Source: Oscillospiraceae bacterium
GTDB lineage: Bacteria > Bacillota > Clostridia > Oscillospirales > SIG530
Length of the DNA stretch: 64,000 nt
NCBI GenBank assembly: GCA_015067075.1
Contig: SVND01000003.1
Location: 20,632-84,631 of the forward strand
Direction: 5' to 3'
Of the stretch, positions 45,789 to 55,439 are shown piece by piece. The notes beneath the pieces were generated by a model. The model ran no database searches. It was not told the origin of the DNA and saw only the letters and a program-made list of their open reading frames with translations. How positions within the stretch are numbered: the first letter of the stretch is position 1; the number at the start of each line of letters is the position of its first letter. Position numbers and translations under genes: made by a program.

Positions 45789-48428
45789 TTATTTTGCTTC
45801 GATAATGACACAGCCGTAAACGTCAAACGTCGGGATATTGATCGATATTTCAGCTTCATTTACGGTAAACTGCGTGCTGTCAAGGACGATTGCTTCTTCC
45901 TTGTCGGACGACATAACAGATACGCTGAGTTCTCTGCCCCAAAGCTGAGAGGGCAAACGAAGAGTTGCCTTTATCGTTTCGGGCATAGGTGCAAGAGTAT
46001 CCTCGTCGCAGTTATACTGCATATTTACGATGTCAAGGAAATACTTGTTGTTTGTCGGTGCATAGTGGAGCGTTGTTACAACTGATGCCAGCGCATCAAT
46101 GTTTTCAAAGCTTACAAGCTTTGTCATCGTGCCGTCTGTATACCATTCGTTTACCAGGTTTTCGATGTCTATAAGGCAAAAATCGTATATGTCGGCAATA
46201 TCAGAAGACTTAACAATCTGGAAGTAGAACATAGTCGGATCTTCTTCATAATAGACTATTTTACCTGCGCCGCTGTATTCCTTGGCAAGCTTTACAAGCA
46301 AAGCTTCGTCATTTTTTGCAAAGCTGTTTTTGGAGGATGACAATTCGCCTGCATATGTACTTGTTATAACAAGAGTTTTACCGCTGTCAAGATAAGGAAT
46401 AAGTACGTTGTCAATTGTTTCCTTATCAATTACGCGCATATTGGGAAGGACAACAACGCTGCAAAGATTTATCTTTTCAGCAAGGTTATCTTCGAAAATC
46501 GCTCTGTAAGGAATGTTGAGCTCGTCAAACACATGGCACCAAGCCATGTATCCGAGAGTTGATTCGTTTGCTTTTTGGTCTACGTTTCCGCCGGGTGCAA
46601 GCCACGTAAGCTCGCTTTCCGGAGAATAAACTACGCCGACGTCGGCATAAATCTGTCTGTCGGAGAAATCTTCCTTAAGCTTACCGATGGTAGCAAGTAC
46701 GTTCTTGTTACCTGCTTCTGTTCCGATACCGCTCTTGTTTGCAAAAAGGGAGCTGTTATACGCCAAAGCCTCATAACTGAGAACCTTTGTGAAGATATCG
46801 GTGTATGCGTAATCGCTGGGATAATACCAGAAAACAGCACTGTTTGCACGGCACATTTCAATGCTGATGCTGTAAGCATGGCCGCTATAGCCGTTGGGCG
46901 GATAACCGCTCGTTGCAAAGCCTGTTAAAGAGTAATAACCGCTGTTATACTCTGTATGTACAAGATCAAGACACTCGGGGTCGATAGCGCCGAATGTGGT
47001 ATACGGGAAGTCGTTTGCGCAAACAGCAACAGACTCACGGTCGCCGTTCACTTCCTCGGCTATATCTTTAATAAGGTTAAAGAATTTTGTATTGTACTCT
47101 GTGTTGATAGTCGTTTTGAATGCAAGATATGCAAGCCATACGGGATCGTTTACCCATTCCGGCTTGGCCCACATTGCATTGTTTGCAACGCTGATATCGT
47201 CGGGATCGCCGTTAGGCTCGATCTCCTTCGCTCTTTGCTTTACATAAGCGGAAATGGAGAAATTATCCGTATCGGCAACGCCTATCTGCGGATTTTCGGC
47301 AAGGTAGGATTTGAACTTGAATTCGCTCCAATCGCCGAATGCGCGCTGAAGAGGTCTTGTGCAAATGTTATCCCATCCGCACCAGTTGTCGATCCAGAAA
47401 TAGTCTATGCCGTCCTCGATCTTCTCACGGATAGTTGTTGCAGAATACTCAAGCCAATAGGGAGACGCAGAGTCCTTGCCGCAGCTGAAATCAGTTACGT
47501 AATAATCCCTTCCGTCGCCGTCAACAAGGTGCCACGTACCCTCTGTTTCCGTAGCTGAAGAACCAAGTCCGTCAAATTTTATAAAGTTTCCGTTAAGGTC
47601 CTTTGCACAATGAGCGTCAAGGAACTTAGAGCCTGCGGGAGATGTATCGCCGTCCATATAACCGATGGATATCGTTCCATCGGGATATGTAGGAGTGCTG
47701 AGACCTTCGCTCTCAAGCGTACTGCTGGGACTCCAAACTTCACCGTTTACAAAGGTGAAAAGTCCTCCCCATGTTATATAGTTAGCCTCGGGATTTTTTG
47801 CGGGACCTCTGTAGCTCCAAGACCACGGATCTGCCAACACTGCAGCGTTGCCCGTATTTTCATCCATTAAAAATGAGCCGTCCTCATTCTGATGCAAAGC
47901 GATAATATATCCGCCTGTATCGCCTTGAGCTTCAAGCCAATCTCCGACCTTGTATCCGAGATCGTGGAAAGCCTTTATGCGATTTCTCCATGTGTTTCTT
48001 TCTCGTCTTCTGAGAAACTCAGAGCCGGCGCCTTCATGAGCGAAAGTACCGGTTGCTTCCGCATCATATCCGCCTATAGTGGTTTCGTTTGCATCTGCAA
48101 ATCTTGCATAATCGTCCCACCATCCGAGGGATTTTTGAATCTCAAGAAGATCTGTGGGAAGCTTAAGCGCGTCTACTTCCACAGCAGGTGCTTGCGTAGG
48201 AGTGGGTGTCGCCGCTTCAGTAGGTGTTGCGGGCACATCTGTTGGTGTTGCCGCATCCGTAGGTGTCGCGGGTGCGTCTGTGGGCGTTGCCTCATCTGTG
48301 GGCGACGGCGTATTTTCTACGGTCGGATCAGGTGTAGGCGTATCCACGTCGGGAGGTGTTGTGCCGTTGCACGCAAAAAGCGACATCAGCATGAACACTG
48401 CCATTATGATTGCCAATACTTTTTTCAT
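45789..48428 (-). CDS. Large lipoprotein, putative unclassified glycoside hydrolase (paralog A)
   Basis: LFAC lipobox, ATPTD repeats, WIDNWCGWDN core, GH42-trimerisation/GATase-like C-terminal region (ADVGVVYS, ELNIPY, VVVLP). Confidence 0.6.
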   Translation of the reverse strand: MKKVLAIIMAVFMLMSLFACNGTTPPDVDTPTPDPTVENTPSPTDEATPTDAPATPTDAATPTDVPATPTEAATPTPTQAPAVEVDALKLPTDLLEIQKSLGWWDDYARFADANETTIGGYDAEATGTFAHEGAGSEFLRRRERNTWRNRIKAFHDLGYKVGDWLEAQGDTGGYIIALHQNEDGSFLMDENTGNAAVLADPWSWSYRGPAKNPEANYITWGGLFTFVNGEVWSPSSTLESEGLSTPTYPDGTISIGYMDGDTSPAGSKFLDAHCAKDLNGNFIKFDGLGSSATETEGTWHLVDGDGRDYYVTDFSCGKDSASPYWLEYSATTIREKIEDGIDYFWIDNWCGWDNICTRPLQRAFGDWSEFKFKSYLAENPQIGVADTDNFSISAYVKQRAKEIEPNGDPDDISVANNAMWAKPEWVNDPVWLAYLAFKTTINTEYNTKFFNLIKDIAEEVNGDRESVAVCANDFPYTTFGAIDPECLDLVHTEYNSGYYSLTGFATSGYPPNGYSGHAYSISIEMCRANSAVFWYYPSDYAYTDIFTKVLSYEALAYNSSLFANKSGIGTEAGNKNVLATIGKLKEDFSDRQIYADVGVVYSPESELTWLAPGGNVDQKANESTLGYMAWCHVFDELNIPYRAIFEDNLAEKINLCSVVVLPNMRVIDKETIDNVLIPYLDSGKTLVITSTYAGELSSSKNSFAKNDEALLVKLAKEYSGAGKIVYYEEDPTMFYFQIVKSSDIADIYDFCLIDIENLVNEWYTDGTMTKLVSFENIDALASVVTTLHYAPTNNKYFLDIVNMQYNCDEDTLAPMPETIKATLRLPSQLWGRELSVSVMSSDKEEAIVLDSTQFTVNEAEISINIPTFDVYGCVIIEAK

Positions 48429-48566
48429 ATTGCCCTCCTGTTTTTGCTATTCAACATAGCATAATAATGTACTTAAATATATCATACTTTCAAATTCTAT
48501 GTCAATACGAAAAAATCAAATTATATGAGTTTTGTGCTAAATATGAGAAATGTGCTTGTTTTCGCT

Positions 48567-50702
48567 TCATTCATGAGCGATAAGTCCAAGCTTATCCATC
48601 CAATAGAGCACATGAGATGCAAATCCATGATTACAGCTTCCGTGTATACTGATATTTTCCCAAAGCGTGCCCGTTCTTTCCGCCATATAGGTGAAATATC
48701 CCTTTATGTTATCGTAAAGCTCCTCATTAAATCCGTGTTTGCAGAGAAGGTCAAGGCGCAAATAATTACCGATAAATGCGTTTGCAGGCCAGATTTCGGG
48801 ATAAAGTCCCTTTTCAGCTCTGTCATATCCAAATTCATGGACAAGTATATTCCAAAGCTTCGGACGTGTCTGCGGCGTTGCAATACCTGTAAAAAATGCG
48901 TAATACTGGCACGATTCCGTGCGCTCTCCCGACAGCACGAGCTTGCCGTCACGGCGAATCGCATTGTCGCAGTAAAATCCCGACTCTGTCATCGCCAGCT
49001 TGTTTATCGTATCGCGCAAAGCGTCTGCCTTGTCCTTGAGCGCGGCATCGCCGTAAAGCTCCGCCATAGTATCAAGCATGGTGCAATAAAGCATATTCGA
49101 CGGAAATGATACGTCCTGCACCAATTCGTTCGACTTCGACCACTCAAGAAATACCCATGACTCAAGCTTTTCCAAAAGTCCGTATTCATTTTCAAACTTT
49201 TTGAAATAGCTATAAAGCGCATAAACTCGCTTTTTCGCGTTCGCCACAAGCTCCGCATCACCCGTTCGCTTCAGATACTCCCCAAGCTCAACTACGTACC
49301 ACATCGCCCAGTTAGGAATAAAAACATGGTCGTTATGATCCGAAGGATAGCACATCGGAAGCATACCCTCGGGTAAAAACTCAAACGAGTCGGGCAAAAG
49401 GAAGTTTTCCAAAAACGCGCGCTCAACCTGTGAGCGGTTCGTCAAAACATACTCGACACGCGACGTGAAAAAGCTGTCGCAAAGCCAGCCTGCACGTTCT
49501 CTTGACGGGCAGTCCATATAAATATCGACCGTATTCGCGCGGAATGTTTCAACGGCGCTGTCATATATCAGCTTCATCGTATCGTCGTTGCCGATGAATT
49601 TTGTGTTGATTGCAGTTTGCGGAAAAGCAATGTGATAAAGCTTGAGCCCCGTGATTTTCACAGCCGTTCCCTTTGCCACAAGACGGATATATCGCAACGT
49701 GTACGGCTCGGCGCAGGTAAGATGGTATTTTCCCGCCTTCATACGCACAGTAATAACGGCGGAGGACGACATACGGAAATGGTTTACATTACCATCGCAA
49801 AGTATTTCATCAAAAAGTATATAAAGCGTTCCTTCACTTTCAGCCTCCACGGTAAGATCATACAGCCCCGTGTAGTTTACACCCATATCAACATCGGCAT
49901 AGCTGTCATCATCGAGCGATATAACATCGCTTTGCTCATTTACACACTGCGGTGCTGTATAATCAAATTTGCCCGTTTCAATGTGAGATGCACATTCAAG
50001 CTCACTTTCGGAATATGTGAAAAATATATCCGTTGCAACGTGAGCGCGGTCTTTATAATACTTCTCTTTATCCGAATATGTAACGCCTCCGCGCCGGAAC
50101 ACCTTTTCAGGCAAAAGCACTTCATTATCGCTATAGGGCATATCTCGGCAGATAAATCTGCCTGCCGTTACAAGCTCGGTGGATACGGCAGCTGCCTTCG
50201 TATCGGCGTTTATTTCGTAATCAAAAGCTCCCGGTGCAAGCTGATACGATTCCGTAAACGTACGCTGGAAGGAGTAACGCTGCGTCTTTATAATACGCTC
50301 GTCCGTGCCGTAGCAGGTAAATCCGTTTGCACCCGTTGCGGCAAGAATATCACCATTCGACGTTATCTCAGCACAAAGGAATGAAGGCTGATTAAGATAG
50401 GAAAATGAGTTTACGTTATAGCCGACAACTCTGAACGTTACACGGTTTACAGCCTTTGTAAGATAAGATGTAATATCATATTCGTCAACACGGAAATGAC
50501 CGTGAGCGCATCTTGCAGGGCCATGGGCAACAAATTCGCCGTTGACAAGCAAAATGAAGGAGCACGATGCCGCGGCGGCAACCGTTGCCTTCTGTCCGCC
50601 TTTTATGTTGGCACAAAAAGAAATCGTTCTGTTCATCATCTTGCTCGTGCCTGCTTCCCATACGGGAACGGCAGTACGGAATTTATAATCGTTTATCCTC
50701 AT
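48567..50702 (-). CDS. GH78 alpha-L-rhamnosidase-like glycosidase, cytoplasmic
   Basis: VNGEFV.HGPAR, DCPSRERAGWLCD, GTLWE, SCNHGF. Confidence 0.8.
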   Translation of the reverse strand: MRINDYKFRTAVPVWEAGTSKMMNRTISFCANIKGGQKATVAAAASCSFILLVNGEFVAHGPARCAHGHFRVDEYDITSYLTKAVNRVTFRVVGYNVNSFSYLNQPSFLCAEITSNGDILAATGANGFTCYGTDERIIKTQRYSFQRTFTESYQLAPGAFDYEINADTKAAAVSTELVTAGRFICRDMPYSDNEVLLPEKVFRRGGVTYSDKEKYYKDRAHVATDIFFTYSESELECASHIETGKFDYTAPQCVNEQSDVISLDDDSYADVDMGVNYTGLYDLTVEAESEGTLYILFDEILCDGNVNHFRMSSSAVITVRMKAGKYHLTCAEPYTLRYIRLVAKGTAVKITGLKLYHIAFPQTAINTKFIGNDDTMKLIYDSAVETFRANTVDIYMDCPSRERAGWLCDSFFTSRVEYVLTNRSQVERAFLENFLLPDSFEFLPEGMLPMCYPSDHNDHVFIPNWAMWYVVELGEYLKRTGDAELVANAKKRVYALYSYFKKFENEYGLLEKLESWVFLEWSKSNELVQDVSFPSNMLYCTMLDTMAELYGDAALKDKADALRDTINKLAMTESGFYCDNAIRRDGKLVLSGERTESCQYYAFFTGIATPQTRPKLWNILVHEFGYDRAEKGLYPEIWPANAFIGNYLRLDLLCKHGFNEELYDNIKGYFTYMAERTGTLWENISIHGSCNHGFASHVLYWMDKLGLIAHE

Positions 50703-50796
50703 ACACTTTCTCCTCCATTTAAATAGGTTTATTATATTGTAACACTCTCTGTTTTTAGTGTCAAGTCATTTTCTTTCTCCGTTCCTTTAAAGTCAA

Positions 50797-50831
50797 AAAC
50801 CGACTGTTTTCGGTGAAAAAACAGTCGGTTT
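50797..50831 (-). terminator. Terminator
   Basis: AAACCGACTGTTTT/AAAACAGTCGGTTT. Confidence 0.65.
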
Positions 50832-50836
50832 CCATA

Positions 50837-53437
50837 TCATTTGTTAGCCTCTTCGATAACTACGCAACCGTATACATCAAAGGAGGGAATGTTGAGCTTG
50901 ACATTGCAGCCCTCTACCGTGAAATGAGTGCCTGCCTCTAAAACAGTAGCCTTCTTTGTGTCGGATGTGGTGAGTGATACCTTGAGCTGTTTACCCCAAA
51001 GCTGTGACGGCAAGCGAAGGGTGCATTCAAGCGTTTCGGGCAAGGGCGTAAGCGTATCTGTTTCGCAGTCATACTGTAAGTTTACGATATCAAGGAAGTA
51101 ATTATTTGCTGTCGGTGCATAGTGAAGCGTTGTAACGACAGATGCAACGTCGTCAAGATTGTGCATTGTGAGAAGTGTTGTAGCCGTTCCGTCATTGTGC
51201 CAGCCTTTTATCATATCGACAGTTTCCGCAACCAATTCCAAGGTAGCTTCGGAGTCACCGCTCTTTTCAAGCTTGAAATACTGCTCTAACGGGTCTTTTT
51301 CGATATAGATAACCTTGCCCGCACCGCTGTAGTTGTTTGCAAGGTCAACAAGGATGTTGGAAGGATTCTTCTCAAAATCGTGGTCAGTTGTTGACATCTT
51401 ACCTGCGTATTCGCCTGTTATAACAAGTGTCTTTCCGCTGTCAAGGTAAGGAATAAGAACGCTTTCAACAGTTTCGGGAGCGATGGCTCTGATATTGGGG
51501 AGAATTACAACGGAGCAAAGGTCGATTCTGTCGGCAAGTCTGTCCTCATAAATGCTTCTGTAAGGCACATTGAGTTCGTCGAACAAATGACACCAACCCA
51601 TATATGCGACCGTATGTTCATTAGCTTCTGTATATCCACCGGGCTTGAGCCATGAAAGCTCACTTTCCGCGGAGAAAACAACGCCGATATCAGCGTATGT
51701 ACGTCTGTCTGAGAAAGCTTCCTTAAGGCTTCCGATAGTTTCAAAAACCTTTGTGCTTCCTTTTTCTGTAGTACCTGTAGCTCCGCCCGCACCTGCATAG
51801 AGAGAGCAGTTATAAGCCAAAGCCTGATAGCCCATTACCCTTGTGAACGTATCTGTAAAGGCGTAATCTGTTGGATAGTACCAAAATACTGCCCAATTTG
51901 CTCTCGCCATATCGGAGCAAAGGTTGAACGCATGGCCGTCGTACGCATTCGGCAGATAGCCCGTTGTCGTAAAGCCTGTGCCTGCAGAATAGTTGCTGTT
52001 ATATTCCGTATGAATAACGTCAAGATTATCGCAGGAAAGTGCGCCGTACGTCAGATATGGGAAGTCGTTTGCGCAGGATGCAACGGATTCCCTGTCTCCG
52101 TTTATTTCTTCCGCAAGGTCTTTAATAAGGTTGTGGAACGCTGTGTTATACTCTGTATTTGCGCGGGATTTGAAAGCAAGGTAAGCCATCCAGATAGGCT
52201 CTTCAAGCCATTCGTCCACGTTCCATGCGCGAGAGTTGAACATAAGCTCAATTTCTTCAAGCGTAGCTTCCTTATCAAATTCCAAAGCCTTTTGCTTGAG
52301 ATAATCCGTAATTGAGAAGTCGGGATCGTTTATACCAAACTTTTCATTTTCATTTACGTATACACCGAATTTATATTCGCTCCATGTGCCAAATCCGCGC
52401 TCCAAAGGTCTGTTGCAGATGTTGTCCCAACCGCACCAGTTATCGATCCAGAACCAATCAACACCAATTTCGATCTTTTCGCGCATAACCGTCTCGGAAT
52501 ATTCGAGCCAATAAGGAGCGCAGCTATCCTTGCCGCAGCTTATGGCTGTTACGTCGTATGTACGTCCGAATTCGTCAGTCACTTGCCAAGCACCTTCAGT
52601 GCTTGTTCCCACAAGCTCAAGTCCGTCGTACTTTATAAATCTGCCGTTGATATTTTTTGCCGCACAGGCGTCAAGGAATTTAGATCCGTAGGGAGATGTG
52701 TCGCCGTCCTTATATCCGATAGCCAACGTACCGTCGGGATAAGTGGGCTTGCCGATACCGAGGGCATCGGTAGAGCTTGCAGGGCTCCAAGGCTCGTCGT
52801 TTACAAATGTGAAAAGTCCCGCCCATGTAACGTAGTTTACTTCGGCGTTGACACCGGGACCCTGTGCATCCCAAGACCAGGGATTTGCAAGGATCTTTGC
52901 GTTACCTGTATTTTCATCCATCAAAAACGTGCCGTCTTCATTCTGATGAAGTCCGATAATATATGCACCTGTATCACCCTGACATTCAAGCCATGCTTGC
53001 GTTTTTATACCGAGCTCATGGAAGGATGAGCATGCTTTTTCCCATAAAGGTGTGCTTTCGCGACGGAAAAATTCCGAGCCTGCGCCCTCGTGTCCGCCAC
53101 CGCCGCTTGTTGCGTCAGCGCTCATGAAAAAGGCTCTTTGAACGTCTTCAACCGTGGTAAATCTCGTATAGTTATCCCACCAGCCGAGAGATTTTCTGAC
53201 TTCGAGAAGATCGGAAGAAATTGATACGTTGTTTGCCGCAATATCATCGTAATTCTGATCGTGACCGTCGCCTGCAACTGCGGGAACACCCGGAGTAGGC
53301 TCGCTTGTAGGAGCTGTTGTGGGCGTGTTTTCAACAGTTGGCGTCGGCGTTGCCGTGTCAGGTGTTGGTGTCTCATTGCAGGCAAAAAGCATTACCGTTA
53401 AGAGCAACGAAAGAAGTATAACTGCGATTTTCTTCAT
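50837..53437 (-). CDS. Large lipoprotein, putative unclassified glycoside hydrolase (paralog B)
   Basis: AGAGG RBS before ATG 53437; LFAC lipobox; T/P stalk; colinear with paralog A. Confidence 0.6.
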   Translation of the reverse strand: MKKIAVILLSLLLTVMLFACNETPTPDTATPTPTVENTPTTAPTSEPTPGVPAVAGDGHDQNYDDIAANNVSISSDLLEVRKSLGWWDNYTRFTTVEDVQRAFFMSADATSGGGGHEGAGSEFFRRESTPLWEKACSSFHELGIKTQAWLECQGDTGAYIIGLHQNEDGTFLMDENTGNAKILANPWSWDAQGPGVNAEVNYVTWAGLFTFVNDEPWSPASSTDALGIGKPTYPDGTLAIGYKDGDTSPYGSKFLDACAAKNINGRFIKYDGLELVGTSTEGAWQVTDEFGRTYDVTAISCGKDSCAPYWLEYSETVMREKIEIGVDWFWIDNWCGWDNICNRPLERGFGTWSEYKFGVYVNENEKFGINDPDFSITDYLKQKALEFDKEATLEEIELMFNSRAWNVDEWLEEPIWMAYLAFKSRANTEYNTAFHNLIKDLAEEINGDRESVASCANDFPYLTYGALSCDNLDVIHTEYNSNYSAGTGFTTTGYLPNAYDGHAFNLCSDMARANWAVFWYYPTDYAFTDTFTRVMGYQALAYNCSLYAGAGGATGTTEKGSTKVFETIGSLKEAFSDRRTYADIGVVFSAESELSWLKPGGYTEANEHTVAYMGWCHLFDELNVPYRSIYEDRLADRIDLCSVVILPNIRAIAPETVESVLIPYLDSGKTLVITGEYAGKMSTTDHDFEKNPSNILVDLANNYSGAGKVIYIEKDPLEQYFKLEKSGDSEATLELVAETVDMIKGWHNDGTATTLLTMHNLDDVASVVTTLHYAPTANNYFLDIVNLQYDCETDTLTPLPETLECTLRLPSQLWGKQLKVSLTTSDTKKATVLEAGTHFTVEGCNVKLNIPSFDVYGCVVIEEANK

Positions 53438-53616
53438 GGATTTACCTCTTTTCAAAATTGATTTAATTTATTTTACTATATTTAATACACTTTTTCAATG
53501 GACAAAACTACGATTTAGCACAAATCTCATATAAAAAAATAGTTTTTTTTGCTCTTTTGTTGACTTTTTTCGTTTTTTTATATATAATTTATTCAAAATA
53601 TTTTAAGGAGACAACT

Positions 53617-55392
53617 ATGAAATTAAAACCCATTATTCTACTTTCTCTCTTCCTTTTTGCTTTTTGCGGCTGTGCCGTTCAAGGCGGCGGTGATATTTCA
53701 CCTACACCCGAGCCCACTCCTGCTGAAACACAGACGCCTACTCCCACTGATACACCTACGTCTACGCCCACTCCTACACCTATCAACCCCGCTGTAATTC
53801 CCGAGGGTGCCGACGCCAACATTATCTATGAAATCGACACATCAAAGCAAGGAAAGACCATTACCAACAAGGTTAGCACCATGAATATGTGGATGTTCCA
53901 GCAATATTGGCTTGATGAAGCGAAGGATCAACCTTCCACATATTTTTCCGAGCGTATGCCCTTTGTTGAATCCATTCAATTTATGCAGGCTACAGGCGGT
54001 AACGACACACGCGACCTTTTCAAAAATCCGTCCGACAAGAATGTGCTTGACGATTACTATTTCGACGGACTTATCGAAGCTTGCAGAAACGTTATCAAGC
54101 AAGGCGTAAAGCCCTGCATTAAGACGGGTAACGTGCCTCAGAAGTTTTCAACTGTCAATACGAAAGGTCCTTTTGATGTAAACCTTTACGGGCCCGACGA
54201 TTATAATGTGTATTATAATTATATAAAAGCAATTGCCCGGGCACTTGTTGACGAGTTTGGTCTTGAGGAAGTTCTTACATGGTCGTGGGGCTGCTATACG
54301 GAATGTGAAAACCACGAATGGCTCAACGTGGACGACAAGCCCGAGGAGACATTCGTCGTATTCTGCAAGATCTACGATTATACCGTTGCGGCACTTCAGG
54401 ATGTACTCGGCGAGGAGATCGACATCGGCGTACACTGCACGACTTACGCCGAAAACACGCGCTATTGGGACGAGCTTGCCTTTGTTGAGCATTGTGCCAA
54501 GGGCACGAATTATGCCACGGGCAAAACAGGTACACGTATTACTTACCTTGCCGCATCTTACTACGATTACAACGCCAACTCCGTCGCCGACGACGGCATA
54601 GTCCGAACCATAAATATTTTACGCAACAAAGCCGAAGAGGTAGGGCTTACGGGACTTCGCTACGGCATCGACGAGGGCAGAGTTATGGTCGGCACAACAA
54701 GCGGAAAGGATTCAAACGCTCTTATTTCCCGCGTTGTCGGCAGAACGTATCAGGGCGCATACGATGCACGTCTTATCAAGCAGATGGTCGACAATGATAT
54801 CGACTATTTTGCCGCATGGGCATACACCTCTAACGTATTTTGGGGCGGTATCGACACAGTGAGCTTGCACGTTGCAAGAGAATTTTATAAAATGGTCGGC
54901 TCTAAACAGGTCGCTACTGAAAAGATTGGCTCGGAAGCTTCGGGCGGTGAGGTCGGCGTTACGGCTTCTTACGATGAGACAACGGGCAAGATATACATTA
55001 TGGCGTACAATTTTGGTGATAATATCGATTTTAACGGTTGGGAAAAGCTGATGTTCAACGTGAAGCTTCCCGAAGGCGTAACAAAAGTCAAGGTCACCCG
55101 CAGTCTTGTTGACGACGATGCAAACTTCTTCGACGATTTTGAAAAGCTTCGTAAAGAGCAGGATATCGAGGACAGATATTTCTCATGGTCACCTGAAAGT
55201 GCAGACGTTGACAAAAACCTTACCGACTCACTTTCCAAGGCTATCTATCAGGCACTCAGCGATAAATTTGAAAAGGCTGCACAGCTCGTTCCTACTGAAG
55301 GCGAAGCCGATGTCAAAAACGGCAGTATCTCACTTTACCTCGATGCATCTCCGCAGGTAACTGCTTTCTACGTCATTGAACCTATCAAATAA
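53617..55392 (+). CDS. GH39-like (clan GH-A) glycoside hydrolase lipoprotein with T/P stalk
   Basis: AAGGAG RBS; FCGC lipobox; GVKP, PDDY..YY.YI....LVDEFG.EEV..W, TECEN, IDEG. Confidence 0.62.
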   Translation: MKLKPIILLSLFLFAFCGCAVQGGGDISPTPEPTPAETQTPTPTDTPTSTPTPTPINPAVIPEGADANIIYEIDTSKQGKTITNKVSTMNMWMFQQYWLDEAKDQPSTYFSERMPFVESIQFMQATGGNDTRDLFKNPSDKNVLDDYYFDGLIEACRNVIKQGVKPCIKTGNVPQKFSTVNTKGPFDVNLYGPDDYNVYYNYIKAIARALVDEFGLEEVLTWSWGCYTECENHEWLNVDDKPEETFVVFCKIYDYTVAALQDVLGEEIDIGVHCTTYAENTRYWDELAFVEHCAKGTNYATGKTGTRITYLAASYYDYNANSVADDGIVRTINILRNKAEEVGLTGLRYGIDEGRVMVGTTSGKDSNALISRVVGRTYQGAYDARLIKQMVDNDIDYFAAWAYTSNVFWGGIDTVSLHVAREFYKMVGSKQVATEKIGSEASGGEVGVTASYDETTGKIYIMAYNFGDNIDFNGWEKLMFNVKLPEGVTKVKVTRSLVDDDANFFDDFEKLRKEQDIEDRYFSWSPESADVDKNLTDSLSKAIYQALSDKFEKAAQLVPTEGEADVKNGSISLYLDASPQVTAFYVIEPIK

Positions 55393-55401
55393 ATATACAG
55401 C

Positions 55402-55436
55402 AAAAGCCGTCACTTTTTTTGAAGTGACGGCTTTTT
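55402..55436. terminator. Bidirectional terminator
   Basis: AAAAGCCGTCACTT/AAGTGACGGCTTTT. Confidence 0.75.
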
Positions 55437-55439
55437 TCT

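Noticed and set aside
45629-45859. PyrR attenuator or long N-terminal extension upstream of uraA
   Set aside because: A hairpin exists (GGCATA...TATGCC on the minus strand), but I see no AGUCC..GAGGCU PyrR motif or U-tailed terminator. The extension crosses the promoter and the upstream gene.
48154-48459. VGVGVA-repeat ORFs (also 28588-28827 and 53319-53534)
   Set aside because: These are antisense readings of the Thr/Pro linker codons.
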